Shown: positions 1 to 8,881 of the stretch, piece after piece
How positions within the stretch are numbered: position 1 is the first letter of the stretch
Layout: every line of letters starts with the position of its first letter
Source of the DNA: a virus
DNA length: 64,000 bases
Strand: one strand, 5' to 3'
IMG/VR virus record: IMGVR_UViG_3300023177_000002
Position numbers and translations under genes: made by a program
The notes under the pieces: model-generated
Databases searched by the model: none
Told to the model about the DNA's origin: nothing
Seen by the model: the letters and a program-made list of their open reading frames with translations, nothing else

Positions 1-417
1 CATGATCTATCGACATCTCAGCGGGAGCGAGTTTCCTTCCGGTGTATTGATCAGTAAATTCATCTCGTTCTTGGATCTGACGTGTGGTAGGATAAGTACC
101 ATATGCAATAATAGGCATGGCGTCAAAATGTCTTGCTATAAGAACCGTTGGTGCCCGCACAGTAATACTTGGTGAATGCAGTGGTATGTCCCATGGTCGT
201 ACGGGTAATTGTATCCAATTATCCCATGTAACAGGATTCATACTTATAGGCTTATCGAGATCTGGTTGACCTTCAACAAGTTCATATTGAATGTCAAGTG
301 CATAACAGTTTATGTCAGCACATAAATCTACAACAGCCTTAGCGATCGTAGAAAATCCTACGGGCATCCAAGATCTATTTAACTTTAATACTAAAATTTT
401 GTCCATTATTGACATAT
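1..417 (-). CDS. HNH endonuclease (partial, runs off window start)
   Basis: manual translation from ATG (RC of 415-417) gives MSIMDKILVLKLNRSWMPV...EMSIDH, an HNH-type ...SIDH motif; absent from ORF track because no stop in window. Confidence 0.5.
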
Positions 418-431
418 GATTTCTCCTTTCG

Positions 432-513
432 TAGAGGTAGAGGGACTTGAACCCTCAAGGCTTTCGCGGCAGATTATGATTCTGCTGGGATGCCCAGTTA
501 CCCACATACCTCT
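432..513 (-). tRNA. tRNA anticodon CAT with 12-nt variable region (Leu-like scaffold), Met/Ile2-type decoding
   Basis: acceptor AGAGGTA/TACCTCT perfect, stem GCAGA/TCTGC, loop ATCATAA, variable CGCGAAAGCCTT shared with tRNA-Leu(CAA), T-arm GAGGGTTCAAGTCCCTC. Confidence 0.55.
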
Positions 514-527
514 AATAAATATATAAA

Positions 528-1166
528 CTATAGATTGTAAGTAACAATAACACTGCTTTCTTCGGCAGTTGGATTAACATAATATGTAACAACAAGTTTT
601 TTATATTGATGGCTCATTCCAACATTTATAACATGCAATCCTTTTTCAGTATTATAGAAAAAGGCTTTTCCTATGGCGGCACCTATAAAGAAGGATAATT
701 GGCCGGATTCGGCAGGTAATCGGATAATTCGGTTGATTTGTAAGTATTTGCTGTGTGTAGTGTCGTTGTAAACATTACCTGTCGCCATAAATTCAAACCC
801 CGCATAATTGTACCTTCCTCCGATTTCAATAAAATGTGCGCCCAGATTTTTATTGGCAAAGTTCCCATATTTATTGGCGGGATACGGATAGTAATAGTCG
901 CAAAGCCAAATTGACCCGTCATTGACCAAACTCCAAGCGAATGTAACAGTATTTTCGGAGAAGCGTTCAGATATACTTGCATCTGCGGTAATATTGGCGA
1001 TAAAGTTTTTGGTAGAATATTCAAGATAGCCTCCAATTGTAGGTGTTGCACACAGCTGTATACCTTTTATTACATACTGTGATTTGAAACAAGCACCAGA
1101 ATTAAATTGCGCTTGTCCGATAGATATAAATAACAATAAAAATAAAAAAATAAATATGCGTTTCAT
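528..1166 (-). CDS. secreted beta-rich protein with N-terminal signal peptide, function unknown
   Basis: MKRIFIFLFLLLFISIGQAQ signal-like N-terminus, alternating aromatic/polar pattern. Confidence 0.45.
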   Translation of the reverse strand: MKRIFIFLFLLLFISIGQAQFNSGACFKSQYVIKGIQLCATPTIGGYLEYSTKNFIANITADASISERFSENTVTFAWSLVNDGSIWLCDYYYPYPANKYGNFANKNLGAHFIEIGGRYNYAGFEFMATGNVYNDTTHSKYLQINRIIRLPAESGQLSFFIGAAIGKAFFYNTEKGLHVINVGMSHQYKKLVVTYYVNPTAEESSVIVTYNL

Positions 1167-1202
1167 ATTGTTCCTTATATAATGATTATTGTTCGCTATT
1201 TA

Positions 1203-2030
1203 TTAAAGTGTTTTAAATTGTTCTTTTATCATCTTCGCAAATGACGTGAATACTGGCGAAGATGATAAATCTGTTTGCCAGGCCAACCCATTTTCTACAA
1301 GATCATAAGTATGTTTAATATAAGCTCCTGGTATTGCTTTGTTGTTTTCATCACGATCGCGCCCCATTAACCACAGAATATCGGAGACTTTAATAGCTGC
1401 CCGATGATCGTGTGTGATTACTATAATGGTATTTAATTCATGTAGGTTTGCGACTTCGGTTATTAATGTACAGATTTCATCTATCATTAAAGGATCAAGT
1501 CCAGAAAAGGGTTCATCCATCAATAAAAAATGTTCGCTACATAGTAATTGTTGTATGATGGCTATTCGTTGCCGCTGTCCTCCAGATAACTGTGATGGGT
1601 ATAAATGTGTCTGTGCTTTTAAATCAAACCGCTCCAGAAATATACGTGCTTTTTCAGGAGTATCCTTTCTATTTCGCCCAGCCAACAGTAAATTGGAAAT
1701 AACTGTGCGATGTGCGAAGAGAGGATAGTTCTGAGCTACGACGCCAACACTGCCGGGGGTTACTTCTATATTTTTCTCAGTGATACGAACTGTTCCTGTC
1801 GTGGGCTTCTGCAGACCAGATAGTATACGAAATAGTTGAGTTTTGCCTATTCCTGATGGGCCCAATAATCCTACAACTTGCCCATGTCCGACGTTATTTT
1901 TAATTTCGCCGTTTACATTTTTGAGAATCTGTCGATTGCCGTATGTTAAAGAAACGTTTTCTATACGAAGCAAAGTTTCTTTTGTTATCCGTTTCATGTT
2001 CTTTCCCTCGTAATAAATGCGTATGGACAA
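1203..2030 (-). CDS. ABC transporter ATP-binding protein (nitrate/sulfonate/taurine-type)
   Basis: Walker A GPSGIGKT, signature LSGGQRQRIAI, Walker B LLMDEPFSGLD. Confidence 0.85.
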   Translation of the reverse strand: MSIRIYYEGKNMKRITKETLLRIENVSLTYGNRQILKNVNGEIKNNVGHGQVVGLLGPSGIGKTQLFRILSGLQKPTTGTVRITEKNIEVTPGSVGVVAQNYPLFAHRTVISNLLLAGRNRKDTPEKARIFLERFDLKAQTHLYPSQLSGGQRQRIAIIQQLLCSEHFLLMDEPFSGLDPLMIDEICTLITEVANLHELNTIIVITHDHRAAIKVSDILWLMGRDRDENNKAIPGAYIKHTYDLVENGLAWQTDLSSSPVFTSFAKMIKEQFKTL

Positions 2031-2779
2031 ATAGTTTTATTTAGAGCACCGATAGCATAATCAATAAATAAACCTAATACAAAGATAGTTATTTGAATAG
2101 CAAAAATATCTGCTAATTCAAAATGTTTGTTACTATCAAGTAAAAATTTACCTACACCGCCCTCGGATCTAGCAACTCCTTCAACCATAGTAAGCATCAT
2201 CCATCCCATAGCAAAGTTTTGTTGTAATACCTCGATTGCATCGCTAGCGCGCCCCAAAACAATGATTTCAAATACTGCGCGCCATTCGTTCATTTGTAAT
2301 GTACGTGCATAGTCGAACTCACTTTTTGGAATTGCTTCTATAACCGCCATCATTGAAGTGACGAAAAACACGGACATACCAAATACTTCCAACATCAATT
2401 TAAGTTGGTGCCCACCACTAGCGATTAACGTAAATAAAAATGTAAAACCAACTAGTCCTAAAAAACGACCTTTTGTCACAAACATTGCTATAGGTCTGAA
2501 AAAAGGCATTACTGTTGCATATGTCAATCCTAATGAAACGATCAATGTAATACCTATCGCTTGCAAACATAAAATAAAACTTGTGATAAGTTCTTGCCCG
2601 AAACCATTGTACCATATCTTGCTAAAGCTAGCTAAAACTTCTAATGGTTTAGGAACCACGTATGAGGGCCAAATCCACCATACTGCAACAGCTATGGCAA
2701 GTTGAATTGCTGCCATAGAAGTCATAATTGATTTGGACATAACCTTGTTTGGTGAAAACATTTCCAATGTAAGGTTCAT
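1994..2779 (-). CDS. ABC transporter permease
   Basis: multiple hydrophobic TM segments, overlaps ATPase gene in operon arrangement. Confidence 0.7.
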   Translation of the reverse strand: MNLTLEMFSPNKVMSKSIMTSMAAIQLAIAVAVWWIWPSYVVPKPLEVLASFSKIWYNGFGQELITSFILCLQAIGITLIVSLGLTYATVMPFFRPIAMFVTKGRFLGLVGFTFLFTLIASGGHQLKLMLEVFGMSVFFVTSMMAVIEAIPKSEFDYARTLQMNEWRAVFEIIVLGRASDAIEVLQQNFAMGWMMLTMVEGVARSEGGVGKFLLDSNKHFELADIFAIQITIFVLGLFIDYAIGALNKTICPYAFITRERT

Positions 2780-2848
2780 TTTATTCCTTGAATTAGAGCA
2801 ACCGCCAGGATTACTGACGGTTGCCCGAAATTTTTGATTACTTGTGAA

Positions 2849-4639
2849 TTACTCTGTGCCAGTTACTATTTCGACACGTCTGTTTTTGGCACGTCCTGTC
2901 TCTGTATCATTGTCAGCCACTGGCCGGGTTTGACCGTGTGCAACAATATTTAATCGACCTTCCGGGAATAAATCTTGGTATTTCCCTTCAAGCCAATACT
3001 GTACAGCTTGTGCGCGATCTGCCGATAAACGCATATTTCCTTCAGGAGTACCAGTATTATCAGTATGTCCATGAATTACAGCTTTCAATGACAAGCTGAC
3101 CGCAAGCTCATCTTTTAATGCTTCGAGAGTGTTCTCTTGGCCTGCACGTATAGCTGATCTACCGATTTCGAATTGAATACTATATTTACGTTTGCCGACA
3201 ACTTCTTTTAAGGTACTTCCCTTTTTGAACGTAAAACGATCTGCCGTAGAGGTATTTGTGTTGGTTTCTTTTGCAACAGCTAATACATACGAACCATCGA
3301 TAGCGATTTCTGGCGCTGGTACGCTTGGTACAAGTTTTGGATATTGCTGAATTACAACATTACCAAATGCGACGTAGGTAGATTTAAATAATCCCGAAGG
3401 ACCAAACAAAAGTACCATATCTGCAATATTGTTTGGTTTTGAACCGCCTAATTGCACTACTGAACCGTGTTTATTTAGTTCTTCTGTACCATCATGATAT
3501 CGTAACCAGTATTCAGCATCCTTCTCCTTATATACACTGGCCGAGATTTCTGCTGCGCGTTGTTTTGCGGCATCGTATCTTTTTATTTGATCTCCGGCTT
3601 CGCCAATAGCTCGAAGCATTCCTTCAACCATTTTACGATTGTCTTTGCACCACACATCGATCCCAATAATAGCATTTGGCATTTGCCCCGCATATTCACG
3701 TGTGCTTACGATATTTATGATATCTTGGTCGCATTGTTCGACGACATTCACATCACCAGGAGTCCAAGTAACTGTACCTTGAACTTTGATACGTTGTGTT
3801 TTTCCAGTTTTCTTGCCATTAATAACTACTGGACGATCTTCTTCATATCCCGCAATTAATTTAGCTGGCGCATCTAAAAAGTCATTAGCAGCAACCCAAT
3901 TTACAGCATTAGGATCGTAAGTGGTTTCATCAGGATTATTTGGAATGCCGTTGTCACCAGTATATTTCATTGCAATATTCCAGTCGCCATCTCGTAGATA
4001 ACCGGATATGACACAACCGCGCATAGACCCAGGATTCTTTTTCCACTCCGGTGGCCCCATCAATTTATCTTCACCATAAGAATAACCGGCTGAACCTATG
4101 ACTTTAGCACGATATTCAGTGCCGAGTTTTTCTAGTACTGGATTGAGTGCGGCTATAAATTGTGCAGCACCATCTCCCATTACAGCAACAAATGCAGGTT
4201 TTTCTGATGGATATGGATTTCCGTCTTTGAGCTCAGTTGCAAATGCCACTAGGTCTGCCTTCATTTTTTCACAATCATCTTGTCGCTCTAGTGTAATATT
4301 AACCCCGTACTTTTCCATAAGCGACCCCGATGTGGTAACAATACCACCATTGGCAAGCATCAGAGAAAACTGTGAATTCCAGGCCATTATTTCATACTTG
4401 AAAGTTGTGTTTGTAGCAGGTGCTGGGTCTGCCGACGGAAGCGGAAGTTCCGCTGCAATACTTTTTGTATTTGCAATATTTCCCAGATTTACCCTTTTTG
4501 CTACAACTGCCTTGGCGGGTTCTTTGCCGGGAATATATTGGTTAAGAGGTCCAAAAAATAACAAATAGAATAATGTTCCAACTATTGCCATAATAATAAG
4601 CAGCCTTCCGGCTGGGCGTATTCCGGTTCCTTCGTTCAT
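2849..4639 (-). CDS. membrane-anchored substrate-binding protein (NMT1/SsuA/TauA-like) fused to C-terminal OmpA-like peptidoglycan-binding domain
   Basis: N-terminal TM helix; central SBP-like region; C-terminal GHTDNTGTPEGNMRLSADRAQAV OmpA/MotB motif. Confidence 0.6.
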   Translation of the reverse strand: MNEGTGIRPAGRLLIIMAIVGTLFYLLFFGPLNQYIPGKEPAKAVVAKRVNLGNIANTKSIAAELPLPSADPAPATNTTFKYEIMAWNSQFSLMLANGGIVTTSGSLMEKYGVNITLERQDDCEKMKADLVAFATELKDGNPYPSEKPAFVAVMGDGAAQFIAALNPVLEKLGTEYRAKVIGSAGYSYGEDKLMGPPEWKKNPGSMRGCVISGYLRDGDWNIAMKYTGDNGIPNNPDETTYDPNAVNWVAANDFLDAPAKLIAGYEEDRPVVINGKKTGKTQRIKVQGTVTWTPGDVNVVEQCDQDIINIVSTREYAGQMPNAIIGIDVWCKDNRKMVEGMLRAIGEAGDQIKRYDAAKQRAAEISASVYKEKDAEYWLRYHDGTEELNKHGSVVQLGGSKPNNIADMVLLFGPSGLFKSTYVAFGNVVIQQYPKLVPSVPAPEIAIDGSYVLAVAKETNTNTSTADRFTFKKGSTLKEVVGKRKYSIQFEIGRSAIRAGQENTLEALKDELAVSLSLKAVIHGHTDNTGTPEGNMRLSADRAQAVQYWLEGKYQDLFPEGRLNIVAHGQTRPVADNDTETGRAKNRRVEIVTGTE

Positions 4640-5679
4640 GATCGATTCTTTCGTAAATATTTGGATGTTGTGGTTGATTGTGATTTTGATTCTATTGGCA
4701 CTTGTTGCGCCGAGGGTAATTCGTTTAACAAAGGAGCGAGTTCTTCATTACCGACAAGTAATGCTTTTGTGTCGCCTAGCAACAAACTATCTACTTTGCT
4801 TTCCCATAATTCAAGTTCCTTTAATGTGTCTGCTTCAAAGGCCATATTAGCTAGATCAACACCCTCAATAAATGGAGTTGCAACTTCCATGAATTGATCG
4901 ATTTCTCCAAGTTTCTGCCCATAATCATTGAGTAGATTTTCAACTGTTTGATCATATAGCTTTTTATCATCAGATGCATCGCGAATAAAGGACATTGCCG
5001 CAGTCATGGCTTTGTGACCAGTGGTTACTGCCGCGGTTTGTCGCTCGAGAGTATCTACATTTTGTTTGATGTCTTCATACATAAATTCAGAGACTTCTCG
5101 CATCTTGTTCAACATACGCATCAAACTCTCCAGCTTTGTGTAGAGCTGCTGTAACGTGATGTTTGATTCTTTCAACCTTCCAGCACTACGTGCATTTAAT
5201 ACTAATGCCGCTTTTTTACCAGAAGTTTTTGCCGCCTTTGCCATCGAAATAGACCGCTGACGATCTCTCTCGTTGGTGTCAATGGTGACTTTTAATTGCC
5301 CCATCTGACCTCGGAGATTCTTTATTTGTTTTTCAATTAAGACAAGTTTATCAGCTAATTTATCTACATAATTTTTTAATATACCGATCGGATCAATAGT
5401 AATGAAAATCCCAGTGACCCAACGCATAATAAGTTTAAATGAACCAAAAAATAAGGTCCAAAATCGCTTACTTGTTAAGATCGTACCTACAATAACTACA
5501 GTCATAAAAAGAAACGCTGCCGTTAATGTATTTTCTAACAAACCAATAATAAATGGTAATGCTAGATTTAGTCCGTATAAAGCTGCCGCCGCTAATGCTA
5601 CTGCGACAATCATACCAAATGTGCCCTCTTTGCGTTGCCAGAATGACTTCGCGAGACCATCAGATAATCCTGGTGTCAT
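4636..5679 (-). CDS. membrane protein with long coiled-coil region
   Basis: 3 predicted TM segments in first 100 aa then heptad-rich sequence. Confidence 0.4.
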   Translation of the reverse strand: MTPGLSDGLAKSFWQRKEGTFGMIVAVALAAAALYGLNLALPFIIGLLENTLTAAFLFMTVVIVGTILTSKRFWTLFFGSFKLIMRWVTGIFITIDPIGILKNYVDKLADKLVLIEKQIKNLRGQMGQLKVTIDTNERDRQRSISMAKAAKTSGKKAALVLNARSAGRLKESNITLQQLYTKLESLMRMLNKMREVSEFMYEDIKQNVDTLERQTAAVTTGHKAMTAAMSFIRDASDDKKLYDQTVENLLNDYGQKLGEIDQFMEVATPFIEGVDLANMAFEADTLKELELWESKVDSLLLGDTKALLVGNEELAPLLNELPSAQQVPIESKSQSTTTSKYLRKNRS

Positions 5680-6347
5680 TAACGTGCCTTTCTCTTTTGC
5701 GTTGAAGTTGTTTGTGTTGCTAGATATGTTTTTATTTTTGTTTCTTGCTCTCTAATTGCAGTACGTACCGAATCGAGCGTAGCAGTAAATACATCTTTTT
5801 GCGCAGACAATTGTTGCTCCTCTTGTGCGGCACCAACCAATAAATCATTAGCTTGTACTTTTAGCTTCTCGATTTGATCATTTAATTCTGCAATGGTATC
5901 ATCGATCTTTGCCGCTTGATGTCTTTTTGTATCAATACCTTTTTGCGATTCGGACAATTCAGCATCAAATTGCTCCGATGCCGCATCTACAGCACTGAAT
6001 TTTGCGGTAATAGCATTTAATAAAATTTCTACACTTGCTTTTCCTTGTTTTTGCAAAGCAATAAAAGCAGATTTAAATCTAGCAGACTCATCGGCAATAG
6101 CTTCCGATAATGACTCGACAAGACCATAAAAATCCGACAGGACTGATGGCGTTGCTTTATCAACATCTGCAACTATTTGTTGCAGAATTTCTTCATCAAC
6201 TGTCTGACGTCCAGGCTTAATACTTTTTTGTGCGGGCGTTGCCATTTTTTCGGGCGTGGCCAGCTGCTCATCAGCAGAAGGGGTTTCTTGCCCAGAATCT
6301 GGAGCAAAATTCCAGAACGGGGATAGCGCCTTCTTTAGTACATTCAT
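5679..6347 (-). CDS. coiled-coil protein, unknown function
   Basis: ORF with AGGAGA RBS upstream of ATG at 6347; coiled-coil composition. Confidence 0.4.
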   Translation of the reverse strand: MNVLKKALSPFWNFAPDSGQETPSADEQLATPEKMATPAQKSIKPGRQTVDEEILQQIVADVDKATPSVLSDFYGLVESLSEAIADESARFKSAFIALQKQGKASVEILLNAITAKFSAVDAASEQFDAELSESQKGIDTKRHQAAKIDDTIAELNDQIEKLKVQANDLLVGAAQEEQQLSAQKDVFTATLDSVRTAIREQETKIKTYLATQTTSTQKRKAR

Positions 6348-6512
6348 TATATCTCCTGATATAAAGTTTTTTGTAATCGTGGCGGAGCCATATATAATGC
6401 AAAAGTCCTATCAAATGGCTCCGGTGCTCATTGAGCGGAATTGTTTATGACAGGACTGATAATCTCCCCATATTTATTAGGCGTCGAGAGAATAATACGC
6501 CGTCCGGATAAA

Positions 6513-6846
6513 AATTTATCCCTCTGGCAGGACTCAAACCTGCAGCATTACTTTTAGTCTACTGACAGTCAGTTCCGTTTGTAAGCGTTCGACAGGGAGT
6601 AGTAAAGATCCCATTCTAATTTTCAATTGAATATTCAGCCGCTACGCAACTAAACGTTCGTCGCATGACAATTGGTTTAATCGCTTCATCCTAGTTATTC
6701 TTCCAATACACTTGCTCTGAACTTGACCATAAAGAACAGTCTATACTGGTAACTCGATGCTGTCACCTACTAATTCAATCTAGTGACTTAGTAATGTATA
6801 TTAATACGTAACAAATATACATCTCTTTTCATTTCACCACAGAGGA
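6513..6846 (-). ncRNA. candidate tmRNA(ssrA)-like RNA inside structured noncoding region
   Basis: 3' end GCAGGTTTGAGTCCTGC CAGAGGG A resembles tmRNA T-arm plus acceptor; 5' TCCTCTG at 6840-6846 can pair with the acceptor 3' strand; internal frame GAC GAA CGT TTA GTT GCG TAG (..DERLVA stop) resembles ssrA tag region; lacks G3:U70. Confidence 0.3.
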
Positions 6847-6851
6847 ATAAG

Positions 6852-6925
6852 TGTCTGCGACGGGGAACGACCCCGTGTAACTAGTTTTAGAGACTAGTGC
6901 TTATTTCGTTCTCGGCCACGCAGAC
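6852..6925 (-). ncRNA. tRNA-like element with anticodon-like loop CUCUAAA (CUA)
   Basis: GTCTGCG...TCGCAGAC perfect 7-bp acceptor-like closure, 6-bp ACTAGT stem with 7-nt loop CTCTAAA, CGGGG/CCCCG arm with short loop; D-arm poor. Confidence 0.3.
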
Positions 6926-7210
6926 AATAGTTAATTTCGATCGAGCTTACCTTTTGGATCGACCCTGGGTCTAACCCATAATTAGACAGGCTCACCTACG
7001 ACGGGTAAGTATGCGTAGGACTCCCCTGTTCCAGGGGCTTTCGCAATTAACCTAAATCATTCTGGAATGCAGTTCTGGCGAACAGTACTATGATTGTTCA
7101 TAGCTAACCAATAAGGTTAATGGGCAACACGCCAGCCCAAAGGAGGTTAACGAGGCTATGGATCCCCGGCCCATTTGGTGGTTTTAACTGCATAGTTTCA
7201 TTTTTTACTG

Positions 7211-7543
7211 TCACAATAATTTTACATTTTTAAATATATTACCATCGCTCAATACAGCGACGGCAGTTGCCTGATTCATTAAATCAGGTTCTCTAAATAA
7301 AGCATACGGAATACCTCTGACAATTAATTTGTCACGCCATTCTATAAGCTTATCCTCATTCTTTATCCGCAAATATATAAGTGTAGTATTACACCATATA
7401 CCTGGGAATTCTAACATAAATTTTGCTACTGCATGTCCAGCTTGAACTCCAGCGTATGTAAGATTTAAGTCTTCACGCACTAACACATACAGTCTGTTCA
7501 ACTGTTTCATACTGCTCCACAAGTTTTTTGATGTAATTTTCAT
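7211..7543 (-). CDS. peptidyl-tRNA hydrolase, PTH2 family
   Basis: LYVLVREDLNLTYAGVQAGHAV ... LSDG matches PTH2 conserved pattern (VVRxDLxMxxGKxAAQCxHA); start codon uncertain. Confidence 0.6.
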   Translation of the reverse strand: MKITSKNLWSSMKQLNRLYVLVREDLNLTYAGVQAGHAVAKFMLEFPGIWCNTTLIYLRIKNEDKLIEWRDKLIVRGIPYALFREPDLMNQATAVAVLSDGNIFKNVKLL

Positions 7544-7823
7544 CGGGTTCGTTACCTTGTCTTGGTCTTTCGATTTGTTCACGTTTTTTACCACGTTGTA
7601 AAGACATAAATATGTGTTTATGTCTATACTCATAGTGAGCTCTCCAAGGACTTATATTTAATTCCTTAAATTGCTTTTCTAATTGTTCTGGTATTTCTTT
7701 TGGTTTCTTTTTGCCACCGGCATTTTGTGATTGGTAGGCACGTGAATTATAGTTGTCGTAATGAAGAAATTGAGCTAAGATTTTAAGCTCGGATTTTAGT
7801 TGATTGTATTGTTCTTTTGTCAT
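7473..7823 (-). CDS. hypothetical basic protein
   Basis: ORF, partly overlaps PTH2 ORF in other frame. Confidence 0.35.
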   Translation of the reverse strand: MTKEQYNQLKSELKILAQFLHYDNYNSRAYQSQNAGGKKKPKEIPEQLEKQFKELNISPWRAHYEYRHKHIFMSLQRGKKREQIERPRQGNEPDENYIKKLVEQYETVEQTVCVSA

Positions 7824-8217
7824 TGTAAACTCCAGTTTTAGTAAAAATATATAGCGACTTATTGTCGCGGTTATTAATATTATAAACTGGTGAGTTTACG
7901 AGGTATTGATATAGCCCTATTTCATATCTTGTTCCTTTAATTGTCCGCCATCACACATAGTGAGTGTTGGATCATGTAAATAAATCTCTGGCTTTGTTTT
8001 TAATGATTTATGTTTACGATGTGCTTGAACAGCCAGATCAATAAGCACTGAAACAATTATAGTGAAAATAACGAATAACGCAGTCATTTATTTTCCTTAA
8101 AAATAGATCGGCAATGTTGTGAGACTGAGTGCGTCCATTGCGCTTTCTCCCAAATTTTTTCTTGGCGGGAGAAATAGAAGTCGAATCTATGATAACAATC
8201 TCGATCCGGCCGATTTG

Positions 8218-8292
8218 TAGCGGGGACAGGACTTGAACCTGCATGCAGAGCTTATGAGACTCTCGTGGGGACCATTTCCAACGTACCCCGCA
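8218..8292 (-). tRNA. tRNA anticodon CAT (Met/fMet/Ile2-type), atypical D-arm, 1:72 mismatch
   Basis: T-arm GCAGGTTCAAGTCCTGT, anticodon loop CTCATAA, acceptor TGCGGGG/CCCCGCT. Confidence 0.55.
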
Positions 8293-8434
8293 GTCTTGGT
8301 ACGTTTTCCTTTATTTATTTTGAACGGAGGAAGTATAACGTACTACGAAAAGAAACCTCCTTGGTGGACTCGCGGGGCAGTAACTCTAAAATTTTCATTT
8401 TAGACTTGACTATTCCCTTATCTTTTAGTATATT

Positions 8435-8881
8435 TTGGATATAGGAGAAAAGATTACCATGTCCAAAAAGACTACGAAGATAGAAAGCATTTATAGTTGG
8501 ACCGCCGGCATCGTCGATGGTGAGGGTTCAGTTACATTAACACATAATCACTCCGGAGAGTACAGATCACCTGTGTTATCTGTAGCTAATACGTGTTTAG
8601 AAATTTTATTACCGTTACAACGATATTTTGGCGGAATTATTTGTAATCATGGCCGTCAAAAGCGAAATTACATGATTGCATATAGTTGGAAAATAACTCG
8701 TGCTGATGCAATAGACGTAATGCATAAATTATTGCCTTATATTAGACATCCAAAGAAATCACGTCGGATGAAATTCATTATAAGATATTATGCTAAATTG
8801 ACTGTTCGCAACGGTAAATACACCAAAGAACAAATACGACGAAAAAAACAATTTGAAAAAGAATTTTTCCAACTATCCTAG
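8435..8881 (+). CDS. LAGLIDADG homing endonuclease (single motif)
   Basis: WTAGIVDGEGSVTL LAGLIDADG-type motif; only plus-strand gene in the first 52 kb. Confidence 0.7.
   Translation: MDIGEKITMSKKTTKIESIYSWTAGIVDGEGSVTLTHNHSGEYRSPVLSVANTCLEILLPLQRYFGGIICNHGRQKRNYMIAYSWKITRADAIDVMHKLLPYIRHPKKSRRMKFIIRYYAKLTVRNGKYTKEQIRRKKQFEKEFFQLS

Noticed and set aside
1414-5755. Nested opposite-strand ORFs inside the ABC and coiled-coil genes (1414-1728, 2127-2312, 2358-2705, 3560-3859, 4098-4568, 4638-4897, 5402-5755)
   Set aside because: Fully embedded antisense within longer conserved-motif CDSs; low complexity; typical shadow ORFs.
6513-6545. T-arm plus acceptor-like 3' end initially read as an ordinary tRNA
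   Set aside because: No D-arm or anticodon arm within the preceding 90 nt. The 5' partner is 334 nt away, so it is better explained as the tRNA-like domain of a larger RNA.
6348-7210. Canonical group I intron
   Set aside because: R-like GACUA and S-like UAGUC elements are present but in reversed order on both strands, and no flanking exons of a split gene are evident; not called as an intron.
8038-8244. 68-aa ORF from track
   Set aside because: Lies antisense or overlapping the tRNA(CAT) at 8218-8292 and intergenic sequence; no RBS; treated as spurious.
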